Origin: Amoebophrya sp. A120
Taxonomy: Eukaryota; Protista; Dinoflagellata
Direction: 5' to 3'
DNA: 64,000 bases
Assembly: GCA_905178155.1 (NCBI GenBank)
Contig: CAJINV010000036.1
Coordinates: 51,033 to 115,032 of the forward strand
Shown here: positions 28,219 to 38,380 of the stretch, piece after piece
How positions within the stretch are numbered: the stretch's first letter is position 1
How the letters are laid out: every line of letters begins with the position of its first letter
Translations under genes and position numbers: made by a program
The notes under the pieces: generated by a model
What the model was told of the DNA's origin: nothing
What the model saw: only the letters and a program-made list of their open reading frames with translations
Databases searched by the model: none

Positions 28219-31200
28219 GTGGTGACCACTGCCATTTGTGCAACAATGCTTGCTTGCGCGATTGGTGCGGGAAACCCTTCTTGTCGCCAGAAGCTAAAAT
28301 GTTGCGCGGTTCTCGTTTCGACGATTGTTGCTGTGTACCTTATTGGGTCGGGGTTTTTGTGGTACTACCCGCCGTCTGTGTGGTGGCATCGATGGATGTT
28401 GTGTGATCGCTGGCGGTGGCCGCCGTCGGTGGTATCCTGTGCAAAAGCATCGTACTCGTATTGCAATCATGCATTACAAATCTTTTTCTTAAGGTAAATT
28501 CGCATTACAAATTTTATTTCTCATGCTGAGGAAATTTGCATTTATACGAATACGATACGTTTGCAGTTCATAGGTGGCGTTTGCGGACGATGCATACCCG
28601 AATGAGCCCCCGTGGATCACGACCAGAGAGATGGCTGCAGTCCTCCTGTACCGCGCGCCGACACATTTCGTGGACTACGTCGTTCGCTCCCCCAGAAAGT
28701 TTTTGCACGACGTCTCTGCCTCGCTCGCGGCCCTCCTCGGCTTCCGGTTCGGGGACGTCGTGTATGACAGTGCACAATTCCCCCTGCCCTTCATTTGTCA
28801 TGCAAAATACCCAATCCACCCTTACCTTAGACTCTTAGCACTGTTTGCATGACCAGTTCTGGTTGCCCAAATAGCACTACACTCCAGTGCAAATTTGTCA
28901 TGCAAAACCGGTCTTCTTGCTTAGGCTTGTATTGCCTCCCCTGTCCGGGTGGGGTTGCGGCTTAAGGGAGAGTCTCGCCCCTTAACCAAAGGGGTGCGTC
29001 GTCTCTTCGTGAGAACAAAAACTTATGGCGTAAAATGGGTCGGGTCCTGGATCGTTCTGTATGTTGGGCTGTCGCGCTCGGCTAGCTGGCTGGGCTGTAC
29101 TGATCAGGTGTGGTGGGTAGCTCCCGACTGGTTGGTACTTTTCTTGGGGCGACTTGCCGTGGTAGCGCTCGGCTTTTGTATGATGAGCAGGTCGCCGAAA
29201 GTGCTTCCTCGCCCACCCCCCGGGTAGGGGATCCTTGACCTGTGGCGCTGGGAGCGGGTGTCCACTAAATGATGATGATGATTGCCGTTCATGCGATACA
29301 AACGAGGGGGAGGGGGAGTTGTGCACTGTCATATCGTGCCACTGCATCTCCCTTTACGCATCCGAAGTAGCGATAAGAAGACCATGCGTGAGGATGCTGA
29401 CGCCGAGGATCCCTTCTCAATAGACGAAGCAGCGCCCATTCTGAAAAATGCGAAGGATGGTGCCCTAGATGAGGCGAAGCTAGAACTACGACTACCCTCA
29501 ACCTCGAGCATTACCTCTACCAAGACAGAGGAAAATAAACAGCGGCGCAGGAGGAGAAAGTTTGTCTATCGGTCCAAGATGGGGCAGCAGTGCGCCGAGC
29601 AGTTTCACGCTGCCGCGAGGACGCAGCCGGTCCCCGGAAGCGGCGCACAAGCGCGCGAGCATGAGGATCGCTGCCGCGCAGGGGGGCCAGGACGAGGGGG
29701 ACATCAGCCCGTGGTCGTCACCGCCTACTTCGATATGGGTCGGGTATCGCGCGGCCCGTGCAAGTACCTTTCTATGATGCGGCAAGTACTCGGAATTCGG
29801 CGTCCGGTTGTGGCGTTTACGCAGCCGAGATTCGCCGAGACGATCCGCGAAATCCGGCGAGAGGCACTAGCCGCCGGACGCGTAGGAAAAGGAAATCTAT
29901 CTACTTCCAAGACCGCAGCAACAAATACACCTGGAGATGACGAGAACGGACACCGGGCCGCCAAAGCCGCCGACGACGGGCCGAGGAAGACTACTACACC
30001 AGCACACAAAGACACCAGCCAGACAGCTGCCGCCACAAGCAGAACCAGTAGCGTAAACACTCCCAGAACCTCATCCCGCGCCGGCTCGCTCTCCTCGCTG
30101 TGGGCGTGGATCACTACGCCCGGATCTTGGTTTCGACGAAAATCAACATTCCAACAGCCAGAACGACGAGGTGACACGGAGGACGACGAGAGTGAAATCG
30201 CGTTATTTCACCTGGTGGCTATCGACTCGTGGACCGACTTTCCAGGGACAGCTGAGTTTCGTGAGCAGATGTGGCTGAACGCAATGAATCCATGGCACTA
30301 CTTGCAGCTGATTTGGCGGCAGAGCCACGGACTTAACCGCTACGGCGGCTGGCTTGAAACGACAGTACCGGAATACGGGCTGTTGCAGCACGCCAAGGTG
30401 GAGTTCGTTCGCCGTGCCATGGAGCTTGTACCCACCGCTTCGCACTTTTTCTGGGTAGACGCCGGAGCAATGCACGGACAGGTTGCCTTTGCGCGAAATT
30501 GGTGCCCGCGGCGGGCTATGTTGGAAGGGGCCGACGACAAGGAAAACAAAGCCATAGGTGGTGGAGTTGTGACCCTGATTGCGCAACCGGATAATTTTTT
30601 GAAGCAGCTGATAATTGCACTCACGCAGCAGCCGGACCTGCCTCTAGCCCGCGTCGAAGATTTCGCTCACCCAGAATTTCAAAAACGGCTGCGAATGCAT
30701 CTCGGGAGCCACGACTTCAAGCGCGGCAACACGACAACAGACGTCACGAGGCCGGGCTCTCTCGTCGAAGACCTAAGCGCGGAAGCCCGAGCGCGAGCAG
30801 AGAGCAGGTACTGGATGTTTGTGCAACACATTGAGCAACCCGTGGGCACCTTTTGGGGCGGACCAAAAGAGGCATTGCTGCGGTTTCACGCAAAATACCT
30901 GGCACTGGTTCGCTATGAAAGTGGCGGAAACACAGAAGTACTCAAATCAAAATCAGGGCCGTGGTATGTATGAACACCAGATGAACGTAAGTGCCGTGCT
31001 GAGTGAATCTCGACACAAGGTACTCCCCGTGACGATGTTAATAGTGTTGTGTGGTCTTTTTATGGTGTGATATAATCCACCACGTGTCTCCACTGACAAA
31101 AGACGCGCCAGAGGGCACTCCTACTTGATGTACTTTCCAAGAAATCCTACGTGGGCACCATCACGCCCAGACATGGAGTCCGGAGAAACAGACCGACCAA

Positions 31201-31389
31201 TGCAAAGGGTCCGCCGATGATTGGCTTGAGTACATCTGTGGCATTGATACACGCGAACTCACCTTCCAGAAAAAGCGCACTGACGACGACCAAGCATTGC
31301 TGTGGATCCTGTGGCTGCGTTTTCCTGATATGTTTCAGGTTCTTCGTATCAAACTCAAACTTGTCTCCGCCCCGCAGCCCAACCTCTAG
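28219..31389 (+). CDS. Membrane-anchored HtrL/YibB (WlaTC)-like putative glycosyltransferase; start and end uncertain, at least 3 introners
   Basis: VVVTAYFDMGR, VPEYGLLQHAKVEFVRRA, HFFWVDAG, GTFWGG and, after element 30914-31249, DDDQALL...FPDMF. Confidence 0.65.
28433..28572. mobile_element. Introner family D (140 bp)
   Basis: TIR TATCCTGTGCAAAAGCATCGTACTCG / CGAATACGATACGTTTGCAGTTCATA; TSD GGTGG. Confidence 0.88.
28763..29333. mobile_element. Introner family F carrying a nested insertion
   Basis: TIR TATGACAGTGCACAATTCCCC / GGGGAGTTGTGCACTGTCATA; TSD TCGTG; 571 bp vs 216 bp for the sister copy at 43349. Confidence 0.92.
28937..29280 (+). mobile_element. SINE-like/retroposed insertion nested in an introner
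   Basis: Absent from the sister copy; flanked by ATTGCC duplication (28931-36/29281-86); ends in (ATG)4 tail. Confidence 0.7.
30914..31249. mobile_element. Degenerate introner
   Basis: TAT...ATA ends with CACAGAAGTACTCAA / TTGAGTACATCTGTG inverted match; flanks TTCGC/CACGC; frame restored to the DDDQ motif. Confidence 0.65.
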
Positions 31390-32376
31390 CATCTTGCACA
31401 GATGAAATAATTATCCCGTCACTCATGACGAACAATGGCTTCAATTTTTATGCATTTGGAAAGAATCAGAAATCGAAGCTTCCAATATCTAAATTAGCAT
31501 GACTATGAAATGACCCTGGTGGAAGGAATAAAAACGCGCTTTGCCCGCATAATGCTGATTCTAGGGTACTTCTACTTACGGTTGTACCAGAACACGTGAG
31601 AAGGTTGTTGCAGTACTACACGTGGGGGGTGCAGGGTACGAGAAATCGTTTTAAGCTGGAAAGCGTACGGCAGCTGGCACGACGCAGGGGCACTACTGGA
31701 CTGAATATTCACAAGAACCGTTTCTCGAACGCAAGAACCATCATTACATTGACAGCTACAGTTACACACAGGTTGGTTTCCAGCATAGAAAGATACATTG
31801 CTTCTTCAGTTGCACATGTACAGAAGTTTTTGGTTCTGTTCTCCCAGCGTGTTGATCTTGATGCCCATAGCTTTCTCTTCTGCGTCAAGATCGAGCGAAA
31901 GCTTTAGCTTCATGCTCATTTTTAGTGCAATCATTCACGATAGATGTTCAAGCTGTTGATGATTAACCACAACAGCGCTTCTTTGTCAGTCTTCTTTCCA
32001 ACGAAACGCGTTCCCCTACTTCTCCATCTCCCTGTGTTTCTTGCTACTTCGTCCTCTCCGGTCCCAAGTGAACCAGAAAAATCAGATGTTGATGAAGATC
32101 AACACCACGGCATGATTAGATTTTTCTCCATATGAAGGTGAAGACATACGATGTCTTTCTGTTAAAATGTTCCACGCGAACTCGTTCCCTTTGTCGTGCG
32201 GAATTTTTTTCTCAAAATAGCTGCTCCTCTGTCGTGCGCGACATCCGCGCCTGTGAGTGCTTGTGTTTTGCATTTGTGTGCTCGTGAAAGAAAGAACACC
32301 ATTCATGTGGTGAAAAATACGCGCAACAGCACGCAGTGCGAGGGACGAGGACTCGTGGGTGGGTGAATGAGAATCG

Positions 32377-35300
32377 ATGTCTTCCATATGATATACTACT
32401 ATCAGACTGCTCCTTCGGGCATCCGTTTTCGGTTTTTGTGCCCAACTGCAAGCTGCAGCGGCCCACCAGTGTGGCCCAGGAGGCTCTGTGCCGTATCCAC
32501 TTGATTCTAACACGTGCCCGGTATCTTCCAAGACCTCGGGAAGCGAGCGCCAATCTGACTTGTCACAGCAGCCTGCTTCGCCGCGTGACGATGTCGTGTC
32601 GCAGCGCCGTCGACCTTGCTGGAGCTATCCCTTGGACGAAAAAACGTGCTGTGTGCCTTCTCGGGAGAAAGCAGATGACGAAGAAAAGGATGGCCAGAGG
32701 GCGCACTGCTTCGACGGCGCCGTGGTCACGCGTGCCCGGTGCTGTGCGCAAACGACGGAAATGAGTCGAAGCATTGGAGATGAGGATGCTCTCACAAAGC
32801 AAGAAGCCAGCAGCGGGCTGCAGTTTCAAGATGCTCTGGCAAAGGCAATGGACGAACAAGAAGCAATGCCGGAAATGAACATCGAGAGGAGTGAAGACCT
32901 AGAAGAGCAGCGCGACCATGGTGTCGAGGTAAACGCAGTTCCAGAGTGGCTCCGCGCAGGTAGCCGGCCTGTGATGCTGAACATTTTCGGCAAAAATGAA
33001 CCAAATCCTCATGCCCTTCAGCTCCTGTCACTTTTACCTAACGACAACGCGCTCACAGAGACAGTACAGCATGGGTTATGGAGTGCACATCTGGAGATGC
33101 TGCGCGGAGTATTCGGCGAAATTCTGGTGCAGTGGAATGCAGTATCTCTATCTTCAAATACGACCACGGAGGATGTTGCTACAGATACGCGCGGCTCGTC
33201 AACGACGACGTCTACTGATCGTACTCACGCTCCTCCAGCCGACCACGAGCAGAGGCGCTCGGAACAAACCGAGGAGCAAGCGGGCGACGGAGTGGAAGAA
33301 TACGAAGGAAGGGCAACCGAGCTTGCACTACAGGAATATTTTTTTGCCTTGAGATTCCTGTTTGGCCCCAAGGGCGTCGAGCGCACGATTCCGCGCGGAG
33401 GAGACGAGATGCTTAGGGCCGTACTTCTGCTCACGCGGCTGGCGAAGCGCAAGGTTGCTGCCCGTCAAGAGTTGACCGACAAAAAGCTCAAGGATGCACT
33501 CGTATGAACTGCAAAAGTATCGTACTCGTATAAATGCATTACAAATTTCCTCAGCGTGAGAGATAAAATCTGCCATGCTGATTTACGTTAAGAAAAATAT
33601 TTGTAATGCAAGACTTGCATTTATACGAGTCCGAGTGCGATACTTTTGCACAGGATAACTCGGGGATGAAAACGACGATGATGAAACTCATCCTTTACCT
33701 GTAGCGACACCTTTATGGATGCGTCAGGTTTGAAATCGTCAAAGTTGAAATAGTTTGCCATGCATCAAACGGATGCCAGCTGGTGCCTAGTTTTCAAGTG
33801 GCGCATGACAAATTTGGCAGAGCCGAAATCCAGTTTGTAATGCTGTTTGGGTAAGGAAGAGGCCTTTTGTCATGCTAGTCCAGCAGCTCTATTTGTACCC
33901 CTCAACAGGCTTACAATCTGCCTCCCTTGCCTACTCTGCAAGACAGGCATTTTGTGGGTTGCATTTTATGCATCACAAACTATTTCAACTTTGAGGATTT
34001 CAAACCTGACGTTTCCATAACCTTTGGAGTATAACTTCTGGACCTCGGATCTGAAAAGTTCTAGCCGCCCCGAGTCGCCCCGGAAGATTTTCACTACTGG
34101 AGCGGACGACGTCGTTGCATCAGACGAAAAGGGGCGGGACGTGCAAAGCGGGACCCAGCTTCCGAATACTCGCGAGAAAGGGCCGACTTTACCGCTGGAC
34201 CGCGTCAATCCAGAAGAATATGAGCGGAGTCCGCTCTTCGTTTACGAGAAATTACAGAAATGCAGTCGCCACTTTGGATGGGCCTTGGTCGAGATCAAGT
34301 TTCGGATCGCAGACTTCTTTTTCCATCACATTTTGCGAATCAAAGCAGCGCTCGAGCTCGTAGATCTTCAACGAATTAAGAATGGCACCACGTCCGGCTT
34401 GAAAGACCCAGCGCACACACCGAGAACGTTGCTGGGTGCAGGAACAGCGCGCTTCTTGCGCAAGATGTGGGCCTCGTCGCAGGGTCCCCGTGCGCCTGTG
34501 CGCGGCGAAGACGCAGACACACACGTTGGTATGGAGGGGAAGTGAGTGATCTTCTAAGGTGCTGCCAGCCTTGGGTCAGTGCGGTTTTGCGGCATTTTTG
34601 TGATGCAAAAAGCGCACACAGCCACAAGATCAGCAGTTCGGAGCGCATGAAGGTTACAGGTTTTTGACGTGCCTTCTTTCTATTGTGATTTTACACTGCA
34701 AAAGATATGCGTGCATGGCAAAAACAGGAACGCTGCACGTAGGCGAAATACCATCAGTGTGAGCGCGGAAGTACTGGGTGACAGATTAGGACTTTTCCTC
34801 GGACTGGCCTCAGCGCCTGACGTCACTCGCTTCCCCTCTCTAGTTGTTTGTCTCCCTCTGGGGCTTCTGTCTACGATGACGTCCGTATGAGAGCGCACAA
34901 GTCCCGCCCTCCCACTTCGTTTTCTAGCATGCGCGCCATCTTTGCATTCTCTGCAGTTCCCAAAACCAGTGACTTGTTATTTCCCATGTATGCATTACCG
35001 GCATCCTAGCCCACGCTTCAGTAACCGCGGATGCCCTCCAAATGCCCTTCATCAAATGGGGGGGATGGGAAATTATGCGCTTTCATAGACCGCAGACCAG
35101 GATCTTGATCAGCGGGGCCTTTTTGCGATGTTCCGACTATACATTTTGCCACTGTGGCTGTTCTGGCAGCGCGATATGGTACAGGAAAAGTTCTTGCAGT
35201 GGTTTCGAAGTTTCACCATGTGGCTCAAGGAGGCAGAGCAAGAGCTTCACATCGACGCGTCGCTCAGGACTGGTCGAGCATCTCGCGGAGCATCAACGCC

Positions 35301-37325
35301 ACCTGTCACGCGCGCCTTGTTGCAGTCGCTTCCAGGCACTACAAAAAGAGGCGGGCGCAAACCGAGCTATTCCCATTTCATGGCCCGGCTAGCAGAGAGA
35401 GACGCTTCTGCAGAAGATGTTGTGGGTCAGGTAACGACGACGGTGCTCGAATTTGTGGACGTACGACTCTTGCGAATGACGAGCTTGCGAGCCTACGATC
35501 TCTACCAACAGGCGCTAACACAACAGTGGATGGAGAAGCAGGAGGGTCATCATGCACATACAAAATCCATGTCGCCCTCGTCAGATGACGCTGTTCCACC
35601 GACCACAAATGCTTCGCCACGGAACGACGATGGAGGTGGTGCTGACCGAAGAATTACGAGTACTGCCAACGACGAAAGCAAGACGAACGCACGAATGCCG
35701 CCACCTCACAGCAATGACAGGAGTGCGTCATCGCTTTCGGTTGCCGTATGCATCTCAGGGGGTGTGAGGGGATTCACGCAAAAGCCAGTGTATGAAAGTA
35801 TTCGCGACGCACTGACAAGTTTGAAGGCGAAAAAGGTGCGTATGCATTGCAAATCCGTCTGGGTAGGGAAAAAAGCTGGATATTTCGTATTTGTAATTCC
35901 GCGCGTCGTGTATCACTTCGACGCATGCCGTGCGTGAGTACCAAAAGGCGACGCATTTTGTACATGGCTACGAAATAAGGCTTACTCGTCATGTTGAACA
36001 CAGAAAATTGGCCGGGCATTAGCAATCATGGGATGCGTCCGCTTATTGCAATCTAGCTAAGCCAGTCCGGCATGACAGGTCCTGTATTTTGCCAGCCCGC
36101 GAGGACCTCGACATGTTTGCAATGAATAGTGTGGGTTTTCTATCAATTTGACTTGTCCCGGGTCACGAAGCTGGGCATTGGTGATCAGTTCGACAACAGG
36201 CATCACAGCTCCAGCAGCGAGCAGAAGGAGGAGCAGCTCCGCGACCGCATCAATAACAGTGAGCAGGAGGATCTGGATCGTGCGATGCGTGCTGTGGAAG
36301 AGGAGCGCCATGGCGAGGACGAGCGAAATTCTGGAGTAATCAGTGTGGACGTCCAAACGGCCTCGGTCGAGGCGCTTTCTTCCTCGTCGTGGACGGCAAC
36401 CGCCTTTCAGCAAATCGACAACGACACAAAAAACAAGTGTCTCTCTGACCAAATCACTTGTCCAATCATGGGGTTGCAGCGAGATTTCTGCAGGCGCAGC
36501 ATTCACGAGTACGAGCGGCAAGTAGAAAACGTGAGCCGCGGCCCGACTAGTGTTTCTGCTGTGAACGACGAGGCGGAAACGAAAAGAACCGATGCTGAAG
36601 CAACAGGACTACAACTTTCCCGTAGAAGCGAATTCGATTGGGTGCTTTTCACACGCCCCGACCTGTTCCTGCAGCCTCTTGGCGACTTGCGCCGCTTTGA
36701 CCCGGCCTTCATTCATGCTCCGACCAACACACTTTGGGGGTGTATCAGCTGCAAACTTGCACTTGTGCCAAGGAAGTTTCTCGACCTGTACGTAGATTCC
36801 TATCGTCTTGGTGGGGATCAGCAAAACGCATTCGCCTGCTATCCGCGAAAATCGGAGACCGTCACGGAAACTTTTGCCGGGCGGCGAGGAACAGATTGTG
36901 GCTGTACACTGTGGAAGGCCCTGCGCACCTGTAAGGCTGGCGGGCGGGAGCAACTACTCAGCAAAAGCGCCGCGCCGATGTCGAAGGACCGCGAGCACGA
37001 ACAGGATTACACTTGGCACACGCAGAAACAAGCGGAGGCAACGCGAAGTGATTTTGCAAAAAACCAGAATAACGAACCGACAGGACCAGCAGCCGCACTT
37101 CTGTCGGACGAGTCGCAGACGGTGTGCGGAAACCCTGACGCAATCAAGGTGCCAAAGTATAGACCACCTGTAGCAGACGATGCAGAGGAGAAGGAGCTGC
37201 AGACTTCCGCGTCTATCCTCGACCCGCCGCTCTTGATGCCGGTCGAGCAAGCGATGACGGCAACTGTCACTCGGGGAGGGCTATGGCGTCCTGACTGGAA
37301 TGCTAATATGGCGTGGTTTCGCTAG
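32377..37325 (+). CDS. Uncharacterised protein (5 introners), C-terminal AVCISGGVRGF / FDWVLFTRPDL domain; in-frame TGA at codon 5 if the ATG at 32377 is used
   Basis: ORFs 32488, 34024, 35128 and 36129 join in one frame after removing five elements plus 5 nt each. Confidence 0.65.
33503..33657. mobile_element. Introner family D (reverse to 28433 copy)
   Basis: TIR TATGAACTGCAAAAGTATCG / CGATACTTTTGCACAGGATA; TSD ACTCG. Confidence 0.9.
33714..34019. mobile_element. Introner family E
   Basis: 44-bp TIR TATGGATGCGTCAGGTTTGAAATCGTCAAAGTTGAAATAGTTTG; TSD ACCTT. Confidence 0.92.
34530..34842. mobile_element. Introner family G
   Basis: TIR TATGGAGGGGAAGTGAGTGA / TCACTCGCTTCCCCTCTCTA; flanks GTTGG/GTTGT. 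Confidence 0.8.
34886..35087. mobile_element. Introner, F-like
   Basis: TIR TATGAGAGCGCACAAGTCCC / GGGAAATTATGCGCTTTCATA; flanks GTCCG/GACCG. Confidence 0.8.
35841..36128. mobile_element. Degenerate introner, A-like
   Basis: TATGCATTGCAAAT / TTTGCAATGAATA; flanks GTGCG/GTGTG. Confidence 0.75.
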
Positions 37326-38380
37326 CGTATCAGTCGAGGTCGGTCTTTGGCATTCGTCTAGCACGACGTCGACGCCCTGTGTCTGAAAAGTTGTGAGCTC
37401 AGGCCTCAGGGACTCCATTTTCATCACGGCGCGATCTCGCAAATCGCAGTGCTCCTGCACGACATTGTTCTTTATGCATGATATTGCTCATCTACTTTCT
37501 GTATGACCATATAAACAAACTCCTGCTTCGCAGCTTCTAACAATAAATTTGAACTGCAGGACTTGCATTGCATGTTCGCAACAAAACCAAGAGCGAGGAA
37601 AGAGCGCAGCTTAGGTGTGTTTGCTCATAAACGTAAAATATCGGTTTGGCACTGCATTTGGTCGGAGTGTTCTGAGAGGAAAAGGAGCGTTGATGTAGTA
37701 CGAGCAGTTCTGATATTAAATTTAAGTTTTTTGAATTTCGCCGGTGAATTCAACACGAGTCACTGATGCTTGCTGTAGCATTGTGATTATCCCATCCTTG
37801 CGATGCTTCCATTAACATTTCTTTGTTTCGCAAAAAATTTTACCAGTTTTCTAGGTCCGATTTTACGTGTGGGGGCATGATTATTGCGCCCTTTCCGCGA
37901 CTTGCCTCCTGTGCCCGAGCTACCAACCTCTGCACCTATATTTACACTATTGTAACATGAATCGTTAGTATCGCCTTGTACTCTTCAACACGAACAGCAA
38001 CAGCATTTCTCTGCCTTTGTTCGCATAACTCGCATTGCGAATTCTTTTTTAACTTTTAACTGCACTACCGAGAGAGTCAACAAGATGAAGAACACCTGCA
38101 CAATATCAAGTTGAAGACATTTTTGCATTGCCCCCCGGAGTGTTTAGTTTCAGGCGACCAAAATGCCTCTGTCATGCGGCATGTTTTCGTCAATATTCAT
38201 GCTATGTGTGCCACACGACTTTTTTGTTTCTAGCGCGTGAAGAACGAAGGCAAAAGGCCCATACCCAGTCACTTCGGACTGCGAGATGCATCAAATTTAC
38301 ATACGTGTGTCGTGTTTTGCGCACTTTTCGCCTCCAGTTGTGGGGGTGATAAGTAAGTACAACAAATCGGGGGTGGATGA

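Noticed and set aside
29161-29208. Hammerhead-ribozyme-like layout (AGCGCTC...ATGATGAG...CGAAAGTGCT) in the nested insert
   Set aside because: A plausible stem III exists, but the core reads AUGAUGA rather than CUGANGA and stems I and II barely pair. Would need an Infernal hit or a cleavage assay.
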